Assembly: GCA_000091205.1 (NCBI GenBank)
Contig: AP006495.2
From: Cyanidioschyzon merolae
Lineage: Eukaryota
Length of the DNA: 64,000 bases
Strand: one strand, 5' to 3'
A model generated the notes under the pieces. That model ran no database searches. It was given only the letters and a program-made list of their open reading frames with translations, and was not told where the DNA came from. Position 1 is the stretch's first letter. Each line of letters starts with the position of its first letter. A program made the position numbers and the translations under genes. This document shows, one piece after another, positions 9,671 to 20,984 of the stretch.

Positions 9671-12600
9671 TCAGGGCGCGGCACGCTGTAGCGCATCCGC
9701 GCGCAGCACCAGGCCGTACACGTACGGGCCGCGCACTCCGCCGTGTGCGTGTCGATCCCACTCGCCGGTGACCTCCAGGTTCAGTATTTTGCTGAAAAAT
9801 TGTTTGATTCGGTAAATTCTGAGCGGCTCCCGATGAGCGGCACCTTGACCAGCCCGTGGTGGTGCACTGTATCGATTGAAGTGGTCTTTGAGATTCCGTA
9901 AACGTACGAAATCCGTGCTCTTGGGGTTTCGGCGCACATTCTCTGTGATATCGTAGTGCTGGAGAAGGAAACCCGCGAATCGGGCGTACGCGTTATCGCT
10001 CCGGTGGATGCGCTCCAGCAGTTCGAGTCGTTCGCTCCGGGTCTGGGGCGGCTCGACGTCTCCCAGACCCTCAAGGGTGATCGGTGCTGTGCGGTCGCTC
10101 GAGGCCGACGAAGAGCGCACGTCGAGACTTTCGCCACTGGCGCCTTGCTCGAGCCAGCGGCTTCCAGCGGGGGCACGCGTTGCGTCATGGTGCAAGGCGC
10201 TGGATCCGGGAGCAGGAGCCTCATTCGGGGCGGATCCATCGCGCGTTCGCTGCTGGGCCGGTGCTTGCGGTGCGGCTGCAGCACCGGACGCTCTTCGCTT
10301 GGTTTTCGCTGCAGATGATACGCTGCCCGCTGTATCATGTTCTAAGCGCTGCGTAACTCGCGCGGCAGCCACCGCGGGGAACCTCTCTGGCATCGTCAAG
10401 TCAGGGTTGGTGCAAACGCCTTCGTCAGCTAGTGCACGTTTCCGTCCAGCTCTGTCCTCTAGATACCGCGCAGCTTCGCCATTATCGTACCGAGTCGAGG
10501 TCGATGCCGGCATCGCGCCGGGTCGCCGGTGCACGCTCGCATCCTCAGCTGCCGACAACGACGGACGCTCATTGATAAGCGCCCACGAGGCAGGTGCGGA
10601 AACGCTGGTTTCGGGTCCCAGCGAATGACCCGGTGCTGGGCGAGGCATGGCGCCCGGTTCTCCGGACTCGAACGCAAAAACAGACCCGGGCAGGTTGGCG
10701 TTCAGCATCGATCGAGTACCCATCGGCTGCGACTGTGACCCCGGTAACGTGGCGGTGCCTCGTGAACTGCCTCGACCGTGGCCCGCCCCACCAGTATGGT
10801 GCAGCAACAGCGGCGATGCGCTCGTGGTACCTGGATCAACCGCCGCGTTGGGCGTGCGCATCATCTGGCCGGGTGACAGGGCTGCCGCCGCTCCACCAGC
10901 CGTCACAAGCGATCGGCTTCCCGACGTCGACACATGCACCGCGGACGACGGATGACTGGCGTTTGGCGCTACAATGCCGCTCAGGCTACTGAGATGCTCC
11001 GTCGGAGGCGCGCGCATAAAGTCAGGATTTGTTCCCGGGACTCGTCCAGTGGGCTCCATGATCGAGCCGCGTGCAAGTGGCGTGGTTGCACCAGCAGACA
11101 AGAGTGCATGAAACGAATCGACGCGGTGCAGTTTCTCGGTGTAGGAATCTTCATCCACGCTACTTGGAGCTCCCACGACGACCTCGGGTATGCTGCGGTC
11201 GGAGCCGCCGCCGCCGCCGCCGCCGCCACCACCAACGCCGCTGCTGCCCATGCCCATGCCGCTCGAAACAAGCGCCATTTGTTGGTTCCCAAATGTGCCC
11301 GCACTCACACCGTACATCAAAGAGGAGCCTCCGTTTCCGCCACCTGGTCCCTGAGCGTAACCGTTACTGCCGCCAAGACCCGGGGAAGGCCCCGCCAGCT
11401 GCGCGCCATTCGCCCCGCTCGCACTGCCGCCCAGATCAAAAACGTTGTGCAGCGGATCGTCTTGGCTCATGGACCAGACCCGTGGGAGCAGTCCAACATG
11501 ATCGCCTCCGATCGAATCACCAGCTATTTCCTGATCATCGATGCTGGCGTCGCTATCTCGCATGGGACGCTCAGGCTGCCTTCCGCTAGGTAGTTCGTGA
11601 CCAAGATCGCTCAGCCCGAAGAGGTCTTCCTGTTTAGAATCCAACACGTTGTAGACCTCATCAATGGGCCAATCGCTCATGAGTTCCTGAGTCCCCTTCA
11701 GCGATAGCGTATTCGGGACCCGCACACCGTAGCCGCGCTTGTTCAGCACAACTTGGCGAAGGTATCGAAGCGCGTCCCGGGCTCGGCGACGTGCTACCCG
11801 ATTCTCGACAACCGGTCGCGGATAGGTGACACCCAGTTCAACCCTAGCCTGATGCAGAATCGTCGGAGGGCATTTCCACACCGCATGGATGTAGCTACTG
11901 GGGATCTGTTGCAACTCTGGACACCAGGTACGCACGTACTCACCCTCGGGGTCTACGCGCATGCCCATCACGACTGGGTTCACGAGGCAATTCAAGGGGA
12001 AAACGTCGTAGTTGCAGCCCGTCACCCACTGCCAGCAGATCGCGTTGCTCGCCAGATCGCCATCGATGAATAGTTTGAAGAGGCAACGAGCCCCGATCTG
12101 CCACGGCAGGAGAAGGTACTTGGTAAAAAAAGAAGCTACAAGAAACCGCAGATTCGAATGCAACCAGCCGGTGTGGTGCAGTTCCCGCATTGCCGCATCA
12201 ACGAGTGGGTAGCCCGTGCGTCCCGAGAGCCACACCTCGAGGAGACGGCCCACATCTTCCTTGGTGCATGGAAAATGATCAAATTCTGGCACCAGTGGTC
12301 TATCCAGGATCGATGGTCGGTAAAATAGCATATGATAAGCGTACTCGCGGAGGCAGAGGTTTCTCAGGAGCGTTCGAGCAGCCCGAATTATTGCATCTGA
12401 TGGCTCAGACTGCAGTACAGACGCCCGAACAGCGTGGTAGAGGCGCCGCGGTGACAATTCTCCGAACCGTAGGTACGGCGAAAGCCGTGATGTCCCGTTT
12501 CGGAGACGCTGTCGTCTTCGAGCGTCCCCATACGTCGGAAAGACACTCGTCAAGAAGTCTTGCAGGCGCTCTGCTACACAATCCACGCCGGGGCGCCAGT

Positions 12601-13348
12601 ACTCCTCAAGGCTGCCTAAGTTGTGTATCTGGTTCCACCAAATTCCCATTTCAGTGTCGGTATCCTCGCCGCCGGGCGACTGCAGCACATCCGACGGTTG
12701 CATCGTGGACTCGGGCACAGCGAACAGAGGCCCCTGATCTCCCGACTGGGAGGCAATGAGCGGCTCTATTCGCTTAGGTGCAGGCAACGGCTCTGGGGGT
12801 GGTGGCATAGCCATCCACGCTGACATGAACTCGTGGAAGGTGTCGAGCGGACGGTCCCCAAAGCTCGCGGGCCTGCTCTCTGTTGCACAAACCTCCCACG
12901 GCTCGACCAGGAGCTCCGCCTTGAAGGACTCAACAGCCAGGCGGTGGTGCTTCGACCATCGCCGCCGCACTTCCTCATCTCTGCGTAACACAACAGGGTC
13001 GTAGACCCGATTCCAGTACACAGCCTCGGCACCGCAGCGTTTCACGACCTCCAGAAGCGTCGTCTCGACGCCGCCGCCGCCGCCGCTTTCCGACTTCGCA
13101 CGCCTCAGAATTAACCCGGTTTCGCAACCTAGCTCCCGAAGTCGTCGGTCAAGTGCAACAATGGAACGACTCAACCACCAACGTGCCGGTCGGCCGAGAC
13201 ACCACATACCGTCCTCTTCGGGTGCCCAGATGAACACCGGCACCACCGGGCCTCCGCGCTGCACGGCAGCAAGCAACGCTGGCATGTCCTCAACACGGAG
13301 GTCGTGGCCGCGGTACCACACAACCGAAGGTCGTCTCGACGACGACAT
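9671..13348 (-). CDS. Cryptochrome/photolyase family protein (1225 aa). The N-terminal roughly 600-aa photolyase-homology region is followed by a roughly 600-aa Gly/Ser/Ala-rich low-complexity C-terminal extension
   Basis: N-terminal alpha/beta domain VVWYRGHDLRVEDMPALL...PVFIW. FAD-binding domain TSRLSPYLRFGELSPRRLY, GYPLVDAAMRELHHTGWLHSNLRFLVASFF, NAICWQWVTGCNYD, DPEGEYVRTWCPELQQIP (plant-CRY / class III CPD-like WQW motif). Confidence 0.85.
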   Translation of the reverse strand: MSSSRRPSVVWYRGHDLRVEDMPALLAAVQRGGPVVPVFIWAPEEDGMWCLGRPARWWLSRSIVALDRRLRELGCETGLILRRAKSESGGGGGVETTLLEVVKRCGAEAVYWNRVYDPVVLRRDEEVRRRWSKHHRLAVESFKAELLVEPWEVCATESRPASFGDRPLDTFHEFMSAWMAMPPPPEPLPAPKRIEPLIASQSGDQGPLFAVPESTMQPSDVLQSPGGEDTDTEMGIWWNQIHNLGSLEEYWRPGVDCVAERLQDFLTSVFPTYGDARRRQRLRNGTSRLSPYLRFGELSPRRLYHAVRASVLQSEPSDAIIRAARTLLRNLCLREYAYHMLFYRPSILDRPLVPEFDHFPCTKEDVGRLLEVWLSGRTGYPLVDAAMRELHHTGWLHSNLRFLVASFFTKYLLLPWQIGARCLFKLFIDGDLASNAICWQWVTGCNYDVFPLNCLVNPVVMGMRVDPEGEYVRTWCPELQQIPSSYIHAVWKCPPTILHQARVELGVTYPRPVVENRVARRRARDALRYLRQVVLNKRGYGVRVPNTLSLKGTQELMSDWPIDEVYNVLDSKQEDLFGLSDLGHELPSGRQPERPMRDSDASIDDQEIAGDSIGGDHVGLLPRVWSMSQDDPLHNVFDLGGSASGANGAQLAGPSPGLGGSNGYAQGPGGGNGGSSLMYGVSAGTFGNQQMALVSSGMGMGSSGVGGGGGGGGGGSDRSIPEVVVGAPSSVDEDSYTEKLHRVDSFHALLSAGATTPLARGSIMEPTGRVPGTNPDFMRAPPTEHLSSLSGIVAPNASHPSSAVHVSTSGSRSLVTAGGAAAALSPGQMMRTPNAAVDPGTTSASPLLLHHTGGAGHGRGSSRGTATLPGSQSQPMGTRSMLNANLPGSVFAFESGEPGAMPRPAPGHSLGPETSVSAPASWALINERPSLSAAEDASVHRRPGAMPASTSTRYDNGEAARYLEDRAGRKRALADEGVCTNPDLTMPERFPAVAAARVTQRLEHDTAGSVSSAAKTKRRASGAAAAPQAPAQQRTRDGSAPNEAPAPGSSALHHDATRAPAGSRWLEQGASGESLDVRSSSASSDRTAPITLEGLGDVEPPQTRSERLELLERIHRSDNAYARFAGFLLQHYDITENVRRNPKSTDFVRLRNLKDHFNRYSAPPRAGQGAAHREPLRIYRIKQFFSKILNLEVTGEWDRHAHGGVRGPYVYGLVLRADALQRAAP

Positions 13349-16014
13349 GCAATACTAGAGGCAAAATTTAGCGCCTTGCGCCGCCTCCACGGCGACGCGT
13401 GCAACAAGTTACCCCCTGTGGTGGTCCAGTGAAAGCACGAATAACCTGGAGGCGTTTTCGTGTTTGGGTACAATCATCCGCGCGGCGACCGTGTGCGCCT
13501 CATGATCGACGCCGTCGTCGGCGCCATCGCCGGTGCCGCGCCCCCAGGCGATGATGCGCGTGCGCGCCTGGCCCTGCAGTGGCGCGGGAGGCGTTCTGTC
13601 GAGGCCGCTGCCCCGATGCCCTCCGACTGAGCGGCAGCGCGAGCGCAGGCGCAGCGCGAATCGTACGCGACGTCGATGCTGGATATGCGTGGATGAGCGC
13701 TCCAGTTGTTCGGATGTGTACATCGTAAAGTTCGGGTCTTTTCTAGACATCTTCAACAACGGCAGTGTTTCAGGGATTTTACGACCACCGATTTCTTTCA
13801 TTCTCTTTTATTTCTGGATTTACAGGAATTGCACGTTCCTGTTTATCCTGCTTCTTTGCGCATCGTTGCAGGATGGTGATGGCAGCACGCACGACCCGAT
13901 TGGGCGGCTTCCGGGTGTTGTTCACGCATTCCATGGAACGGACGGTGGATGCGCTGTACTCGCCGCCTGCCGTGTTCATCTTCTTTGTGTGCAGCCTCGG
14001 TACGCATTTTACTTCTGTGATACTTTGCTGCGGTCAGGTGTAACCGTATACCTATTGCAAAATCGGATTCGAGGACCGCCCTGCGGTGCGTAAACGACTG
14101 TTTCATTGCTCGGCGCATGCTTCTGGTGGATACAGTAGCTGTGCTCGATACCCATCACCGCTTCCGTGCCAGGTGCCGTACCCGCAGGATCACGGGCTGC
14201 TTCTGGGCGATTACCTCCGCGAGCAGTTTATCAGCTGCACACGCAAGCGCGTGCTATTTCATTGGATAGGGGATTTTTGGAAAGTGATTTGTCGTAGGGT
14301 GAAACGAGTGCCAGAAGGGGAGTCCGGGCTGAAGAACAAGTCGAGCGACTTATCCGTTTAGGCTCCATTCGAGCCAACTGATGACGTATTCGTCATGGGA
14401 ACAGGTCGCCGCGTTGACTCATGTCGGAGTCCAAGACCCTCTTCTGTCTAAACGGAAGAGACGGGAGTGCATGGAGTTTATGCTTTGGGAGGCGTTGAAC
14501 TGGCGCAGAATGCCGCTTGCCTTCCAATGACGTTGTGAGGAGGATTTGCCTTTCGAACGGAATAGATTGTCTAACATAAAAAATGCAGTGAAGCTTCAAC
14601 ATGGGCTTGTGAACAAGTTGTCGGGAGACGACGTCGAGCCCTATTCCTCGTCAAATCAGCGGCGCGAATTCCTGCGCCCACGAGTTGCCGTGAAACACGA
14701 CAATCGAACACTTGGACAGTGCACGATAGCTGCATAAAACAGGTATAGAATCGAGAAGCGTAGAGACTTGTATGTATGAGTTGGGACATGATTTCGGCTA
14801 TTTTTCATGCATGTATTCGATTGCGTCGTAAGAGTCACTCCAGAAACTCGAACGAGAATCCCAAAACTGCATATGCATCCATAAGCCCTTGTTGTTGAAC
14901 CTTACGCATTCAGGCTGCACATCAAAAAAAATTTCGAGCGCAATCGAACCGCATGAACAGAGCGAGCAGTTCAGTTTTCAGTTTTCATCTGACTCGGATG
15001 TAGGAGGCTCGTTCACCGCAACCCCCGAAACTGTGGCCGAGTGCCTTCTAGGCGCTGTTTTTCGGTGATCATGGTCAAGTGCAGAAGCCGTTCGTCAGCA
15101 ACTGCGGCGAGCCGAAGCGCGCGTTGTCTCTAGATCGCCCGGGCGATATTCCCATGGCCGAAAAACTCGACACGAAAAGGCAGGCGGGTGCAGCGCCTGC
15201 CCCAGCAGGACAGCGTCACGCAAAACAACAACCGCAGGAGTTTGGTACTCGAGAATCGAACATATGGCGATGTATTCCAGTCTGGAGCATTTGGAAAGGA
15301 CACCCTTCGGTGACGCTTCGCTGCAGGCAATCGAGGTGCCGCTGCCTTGAACGACACCTACTCAGGCCTTTTCATATGAATATGAGGATCTGATGCCAGT
15401 GTGGTGCGACTCAGGCGATCCACGGTCTCCGAGGCGACCGCGTGACATCGCAAACAGCAGCAGCAGCAGCAGCAGACAGCTTGTATTGCACGCTCACCCT
15501 TCTGGTACAAAGTGGAAGTATTGGAACCACAGTCCGCTTTTGTGGATTACCCAAAGACAATTGGCTCAATGCCTATAAGCTTACGCTCTACAGCACAGCA
15601 GCAGTAGCAGCAGTAACATGTCAGAGACTGGTCGTTGCATGGGTATAGCAGTACTCGGGCGCAGCGCGCGCATGTCGAGGTCATGAACAGGAGTTGGCGC
15701 ACGAAACACCACGATGCATTCTTATACAGTTTTGTCACAAAAGATCTATTAACGCGGTGCCGCCGTACGTTGCGATCGCTACGCAGGCGCCGTCGCGGGC
15801 AACACGTCGCCGCGCTCGCTGTCCACAGCAGCAGCGCACCGACGGCGTAGCGCGTCGACGACGAGTCCGATGCATCGGATGCGGTGTACGCGCCGCCTCT
15901 ACCCCCGATGCTACCTTCTAGCAACGGGTAGAGGCCGCGAAACGCTTGTAGCGACCTGTCGTCCGCTACAGCCTGAAGCGTAACACCTGAGCTCTGAGAA
16001 ACACGAGGAGGCTT

Positions 16015-16959
16015 GTGTGCGGTATTCTGAGGTGGCGAGGATCAGCGTTTGAGTGTGTTGGAAAGTGTTTGCGGACGATGACGAGCAACGCCTCTGTAAC
16101 AGGGCCACACCCGGAGAACGGGACGGTGCAACCCGGCGCGGTTCCTGTTCAAGACGCCATGCTGACCGTAACCAACGAGCACGAGTTTGCAGATTCTTCC
16201 GGGAACGTTGCTGTTGGGGAGCAGGCGGCCAGTCTTATGTCAGGGCAAGTGTCGGACACTGCACCGGCATCGCCGCGACGACCCGTACGGACTTCGAAGC
16301 TGGACCCGAACGCACCCCCGGCAGGCCCCGGGTCCGAAGGTGGTGCGCTACCCTCGCGCCGCGTCTACGTTGGCAACCTCGCCTGGAGTGTTTCTTGGCA
16401 AGCTCTGAAAGATCATATGCGCAAGGCTGGCGAGGTGGTTTTCGCGGAAGTGTTCACGGAACGGGACGGTCGCTCGCGCGGTTGCGGGGTGGTGGAGTAC
16501 GCCACGGAGGCCGATTCCGCGAACGCCATTGCCACGCTGAACGACACCGAGCTTCAGGGGAGGCTGATATTTGTGCGCGAGGATCGCGAACCGAACCAGC
16601 CTCTGCGGCGAAACAAGACGTCAGCGTCAGGGTTTCACGGGGCGAACGCCACTACCGGAAATCGCCACCACGAAGCTCGGGGACGTAACCAACCGCCGTC
16701 TTTTCCATCGGATAAGGGTCGCAAGATCATCGTCTGGAACTTGCCATATTCTTATACCTGGCAGGACCTAAAGGACGAATTTCGAGCCTGTGGGAACATT
16801 ATCCGCGCGGACATCTTAATAGACCAGGAAGGGCGCAGTCGCGGCGCCGGCACGATTGTCTTCGAATCAGAGGAGGACGCACAGCGAGCGATCCAGATGA
16901 TGGACCGTGCTGAACTGGCCGGAAGAATCGTGGATGTACGCCTCGACAAGTATGCATAA
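16015..16959 (+). CDS. RNA-binding protein with two RRM (RNP-type) domains. The true start is probably the internal Met near 16078, because the ORF track also translates GTG starts as M
   Basis: RNP motifs in RRM1 (VYVGNLAWSVSWQALKDHMRKAGEVVFAEV...RGCGVVEY) and RRM2 (KIIVWNLPYSYTWQDLKDEF...RGAGTIVFES). Confidence 0.8.
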   Translation: MCGILRWRGSAFECVGKCLRTMTSNASVTGPHPENGTVQPGAVPVQDAMLTVTNEHEFADSSGNVAVGEQAASLMSGQVSDTAPASPRRPVRTSKLDPNAPPAGPGSEGGALPSRRVYVGNLAWSVSWQALKDHMRKAGEVVFAEVFTERDGRSRGCGVVEYATEADSANAIATLNDTELQGRLIFVREDREPNQPLRRNKTSASGFHGANATTGNRHHEARGRNQPPSFPSDKGRKIIVWNLPYSYTWQDLKDEFRACGNIIRADILIDQEGRSRGAGTIVFESEEDAQRAIQMMDRAELAGRIVDVRLDKYA

Positions 16960-17457
16960 GGACAGTTCCTTGGTTTGGGGAGACAGAGACCGACACACCA
17001 TTTTGCGAAGCACCGCAGTAGCTGGAGCGCATTCCTGGAATCGTATTTGACTTGGGCCGCCATCGTGATTGCACTGCACACACCACGCATTCGAGACCCA
17101 GTACCCGATTTTGCCGTGCCAGTCCCATTGGGGAGCTTTTCTTCGAGCTCCCCGCCTGCTAAATCCTTCCAGCTACTCTCATGACACGTCGTTCGAGAGA
17201 GGGCTCGCGCGCAAACGAAATCTTTAGCAGCATCTTGCAATCGGGGACCACCAAGGCATATCTACGGATGCGCTGCTCGGCCAAGTTGCAGTACAAGTTT
17301 GCATGTACACTAGCACTTGATTCAGGCCGAACTTCGACGTACGGGGCACTGTCGCCAACAACCTCATGAATAATTGCGCCGAGTCGTTTTCGAACCGAAT
17401 CTGGAATTGAACGCTCTGACTATGAGGCCTTGGTGCGGGGCGTGCATTTGCGCTGCA

Positions 17458-18308
17458 TCAGCCGCATACGGATGCGTCTTCGACGGCGCAGTCCAGGACC
17501 CGAACTCCTGGTTTGTGTGCTTCGTGGTACATGTAATCATCACGGTTTGTTGAGTAGGGGAAGAGGGGCAGGATTGCCTCGTCATGAATTTCGTTCGTGA
17601 AGTCGGCGAAGCCTACGTAGAACGCAAGCGACCCGGCAATGATCGCGCGTGTTGCTGCCGGGTACTTGACACCACTCGCAAACGTTGTAATGGCCAGCAT
17701 GAGGTATATTAGACCGACGAAAAAGACGGTAAGACTCAAAGCGTACTTCGTTCTCAGTGCCTGGGCACAGAGCATTGGGAAACGACGCAGTAAATTACGC
17801 AGTAAATGAAGGTACCTGCTCTATCGGTTGCGGGGGAGCGACTCGGATTGAGCAGCTCCACCAGAAGCTGTATGTCACGAGCGCCCCAGAATACGCTGTA
17901 GATCGAAAACGCGGTTGCGCAGAACAGGTTATCATATCGGAAACACCACATACCGGCAATGAACTGATCAAGATCGCCAGTGATGAGCGCAACCGCGAAC
18001 AGGTTCTTCGCGGTGGTCCCGTGTAAGTCCACGTCCACGAGAAGCGTCGCGATACCGAACGACCGGAGACCACGTGGCGCCGGATTCGCCGCAGCACTCA
18101 CGTGCTCGACCACGGAAGAGTGCTGCTTGAGCGCGTCAACCAACGGGGACTCGCGAGCCGCTGCGTCACTGTTTGCCGATGAAAAACCTCCGCTTCGTTG
18201 CGCAGCGGCATATGCAGCGAACTTTACGCCCTGATCCAGGCTAGGGACTTCCGTACTGGACCGAAGGGCGTGCGAGAGGGATTCACCAAGTGATTGAAGC
18301 GCAGCCAC
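17458..18308 (-). pseudogene. GPR1/FUN34/YaaH (acetate uptake transporter) family paralogue with an apparent 1-nt frameshift near 17775-17790 and substitutions in conserved motifs. It is either a pseudogene or a sequencing frameshift
   Basis: ORF 17754..18308 (NPAPRGLRSFGIATLL...AGMWCFRYDN...) and ORF 17458..17775 (..AQALRTKYALSLTVFFVGLIYLMLAITTF..) together align colinearly to the neighbouring intact paralogue. They sit in different frames and overlap by about 20 nt. Signature NP(A/T)PLGL is changed to NPAPRGL. Confidence 0.55.
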
Positions 18309-18654
18309 TTGCTACTCGAGCTGCTGAGCCTCTGAACGCAGGTTTTCATTTTCCGTTGCCAGTTTATTCCAATAACTCGCCCGTGCACTACGAAGGACCT
18401 ATTACAGGTTCGCGCCACGCGTAAACTACAATACAAAAACTATGGTACGCAGATTATGTTTCCCGAAAGATACATGCATGCCGTATCTGCAGTCGATCGC
18501 ACGGTCGGTGTTGAACGAGATCAATGTGTCCCGGGTACACGACGAAAAGCGTCCTGCTGCTCTTGGCGTGCAGCAGGACGTCCGGGCGTCGAAATGGTAT
18601 CCCATCCGGAACCGAACGCGCCCTCAACTTGGACGCATCGAAATCGTTTTCCCC

Positions 18655-18878
18655 AGTGAACTGCGACTTCGCGTGTCCGCTGCGGAGGCGGAACGTGGGT
18701 TCAGTCCAATACCTTCCATTTCTGTTCTTCTAGGGAGAAAAGTGGCATCTTGGACTTACATCCAGTGAACTGCGACTTCGCGTGTCCGCTGCGGAGGCGG
18801 AACGAGGGTTCGGTCCAATACCTTCCATTTCTGTTCTTCTAGGGAGAAAAGTGGCATCTTGGACTTACATCCCAGCGC
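18655..18878. repeat. Perfect-ish tandem duplication, 2 x 112 bp, in the intergenic region upstream of the frameshifted paralogue
   Basis: agtgaactgcgacttcgcgtgtccgctgcggaggcggaacg(t/a)gggttc(a/g)gtccaataccttccatttctgttcttctagggagaaaagtggcatcttggacttacatcc occurs twice back to back. Confidence 0.8.
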
Positions 18879-18946
18879 GATTTGCGTTCGTGCACCCCTG
18901 CGATGGTGTATACGGACCCAGGTGCGCAGCGAAATGCTGGCCCTAA

Positions 18947-19867
18947 TCAAACAGGCGGGATATCGACGGCGCTCTTATGAGCATGCGGCCGAGGTACGTA
19001 CCGCTTGCCTTCTTCGTAGTCGCGAGCGTGTCGCGGATGTGGAAACAAAGGAATCAGCGGTTTCTCATATATTTCGTTGGTAAAGTCTGCTAGACCCACG
19101 TAGAAAGCGAGCGATCCGGCGATGATCGCACAAGTCGCTGCAACGTACTTGACGCCCTCCACGTATGCAGTAATTGCTAGGAAAATGTACACGAGGGCGA
19201 CAAAGAATACCGTCGCGCTCAAGGCGTAATTCATTCGCAGTGCTTGAACTAATAGAATCAAGGTCAGGATGCAAAATATCACATAAAAAATACAGGTTCC
19301 CGCGCGATCAGCGGACGGGAAAAGTCCCGGATGGAGCAGCTCCACTAACAGCTGCACGCCACGCGCACCCCAGTATGATCCGAACAGGGAAAAAGCCGTT
19401 GCGCCGAACGTATTGTTCCGCCGGAAACACCACATACCCGCGAGAATTTGTGCCAAACCCCCAATAATGAGCGCCACAGAAAAAGTGTTTTTAGCAGTCG
19501 CACCGTACAGATCAGCACCGGCTAGCAGCGTCGTCACTCCAAAGGCAAACAGACCAAGTGGCGTCGGGTTCGCCACCATACTAGCCAGGGAGATCACCTG
19601 GGACTGTTGCTGTAGCGCGTCCAAGATCTGCATACTGTCTCGATGATGAATTTGCTCCTCTAGAGAAAGGCTCATATTTCGATCGTTTTGCGAATCGAAA
19701 CGCGCAGCCAGGCACTTGTGAGCAGCGCAAGCCTCGAACTCGCGTGCCGCGGCAGCCGCACCCGCCGCTACCTTTTGTTGGAGCGCGGTCACGCGCTCTT
19801 CCAAGAGGCTGATCCTCTCAAGCAAGGAAAGATTTCCCAAGTCCGCGTCGGTCATCAGGAAACGCAA
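18947..19867 (-). CDS. GPR1/FUN34/YaaH family putative acetate/succinate transporter (306 aa) with an N-terminal coiled-coil-like extension
   Basis: NPTPLGLFAFGVTTLLAGADLYG...FSVALIIGGLAQILAGMWCF...ATAFSLFGSYWGA, with six predicted TM helices. Confidence 0.8.
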   Translation of the reverse strand: MRFLMTDADLGNLSLLERISLLEERVTALQQKVAAGAAAAAREFEACAAHKCLAARFDSQNDRNMSLSLEEQIHHRDSMQILDALQQQSQVISLASMVANPTPLGLFAFGVTTLLAGADLYGATAKNTFSVALIIGGLAQILAGMWCFRRNNTFGATAFSLFGSYWGARGVQLLVELLHPGLFPSADRAGTCIFYVIFCILTLILLVQALRMNYALSATVFFVALVYIFLAITAYVEGVKYVAATCAIIAGSLAFYVGLADFTNEIYEKPLIPLFPHPRHARDYEEGKRYVPRPHAHKSAVDIPPV

Positions 19868-20984
19868 CCCTGTCTCTGGTAGGTACTACCTGTCTGCGGG
19901 TAAGTCGGGACGCAGGCTGCCGCCTGGGAAACGCTCGGGGAATGCTCTGCCCCAATGCCTCAGGGCATTGCTGGCGCGTCGCGCGATCGCGCCGCTTCTC
20001 TTCGGGTGCTGCTGCATCCTTGAATCTGATTAGGGGATATCCACGTTCGCCACTGTTACTGGCGATTGGGAGGGCGTTTATCAATCCTAATAGAACACTG
20101 AAACTCAAAAAGCCACCAGCATACTCTTCTCTTCGATTATGAATCAGTCGGTTGATCCTCTGGATGCCGAGACCTCCACGAGGCCGCGTGCTTGCGCCCC
20201 AGGACGCGGGCCAGTTGCCCAGTGCAACGCACGTCGCAACCTGTCGGCTGCCGGTTGTGCTCCCGCACCAGAATTCTGTTCGAAAATATCGCCCTGCCAA
20301 AAGAATCAATCAAGGCTTGACCAACGATATTGGTCGGTGCGCGGTCAATCACGTATTGATCCCCGTCGGAGAAGGCTGTATCCCAGACAACGACTCGCCG
20401 ACCTCGTGCCGCTCGCCCCGGTGCCGACGCTTTCCTAAATGCACGTGGCGCTCGCACTGACATCAAGTCTCGAGTCGCGGAAGCGCGTCCACGAATCGTG
20501 CGCCCATGGAAACACGGATCCTGCAAAAGTCGCTCCATCGGCGTTTTCAAACAAAAAAATCCAAATATGGATGCCACAGCATCTCCTCCATCGCCCAGAA
20601 CACGCAAAGCGTACCACAATGTCCCATGCAGTATGAACCTTGTCACCACTCGGTGCGTCGTCATCGTCAGCGCTTACACCAAATTTGGCGGTATGTGCAG
20701 CGTCGGCGCTTGTTTCTCGTTCAGCGTTCAGTGGCGTGCGACAGGCGCCGCCGATCGCGCATCCGCGAAACATGCGCTGCTCGATCCGCTGGGCCCGCGT
20801 CTATGCGAACACGATATCATGTCGAACGAGAAACCTACAAAGGCCCGTACAGCGTGCATTACACCGGAAAGTCATCGACGATTACCGGTATTCGCAGTTG
20901 GCATTGTTCTTCTCTCCATCGCAGAGACGAGCATATCTCGGTTCGTCAGAGAAGTTACCGACTGTGCCTTGATCATTTATTCGA

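Noticed and set aside
20137-20664. 175-aa ORF (minus strand) and overlapping 169-172-aa plus-strand ORFs between the transporter gene and the trefoil gene
   Set aside because: They are mutually overlapping on both strands, have no domain, and have Arg-rich composition. They are most likely intergenic noise
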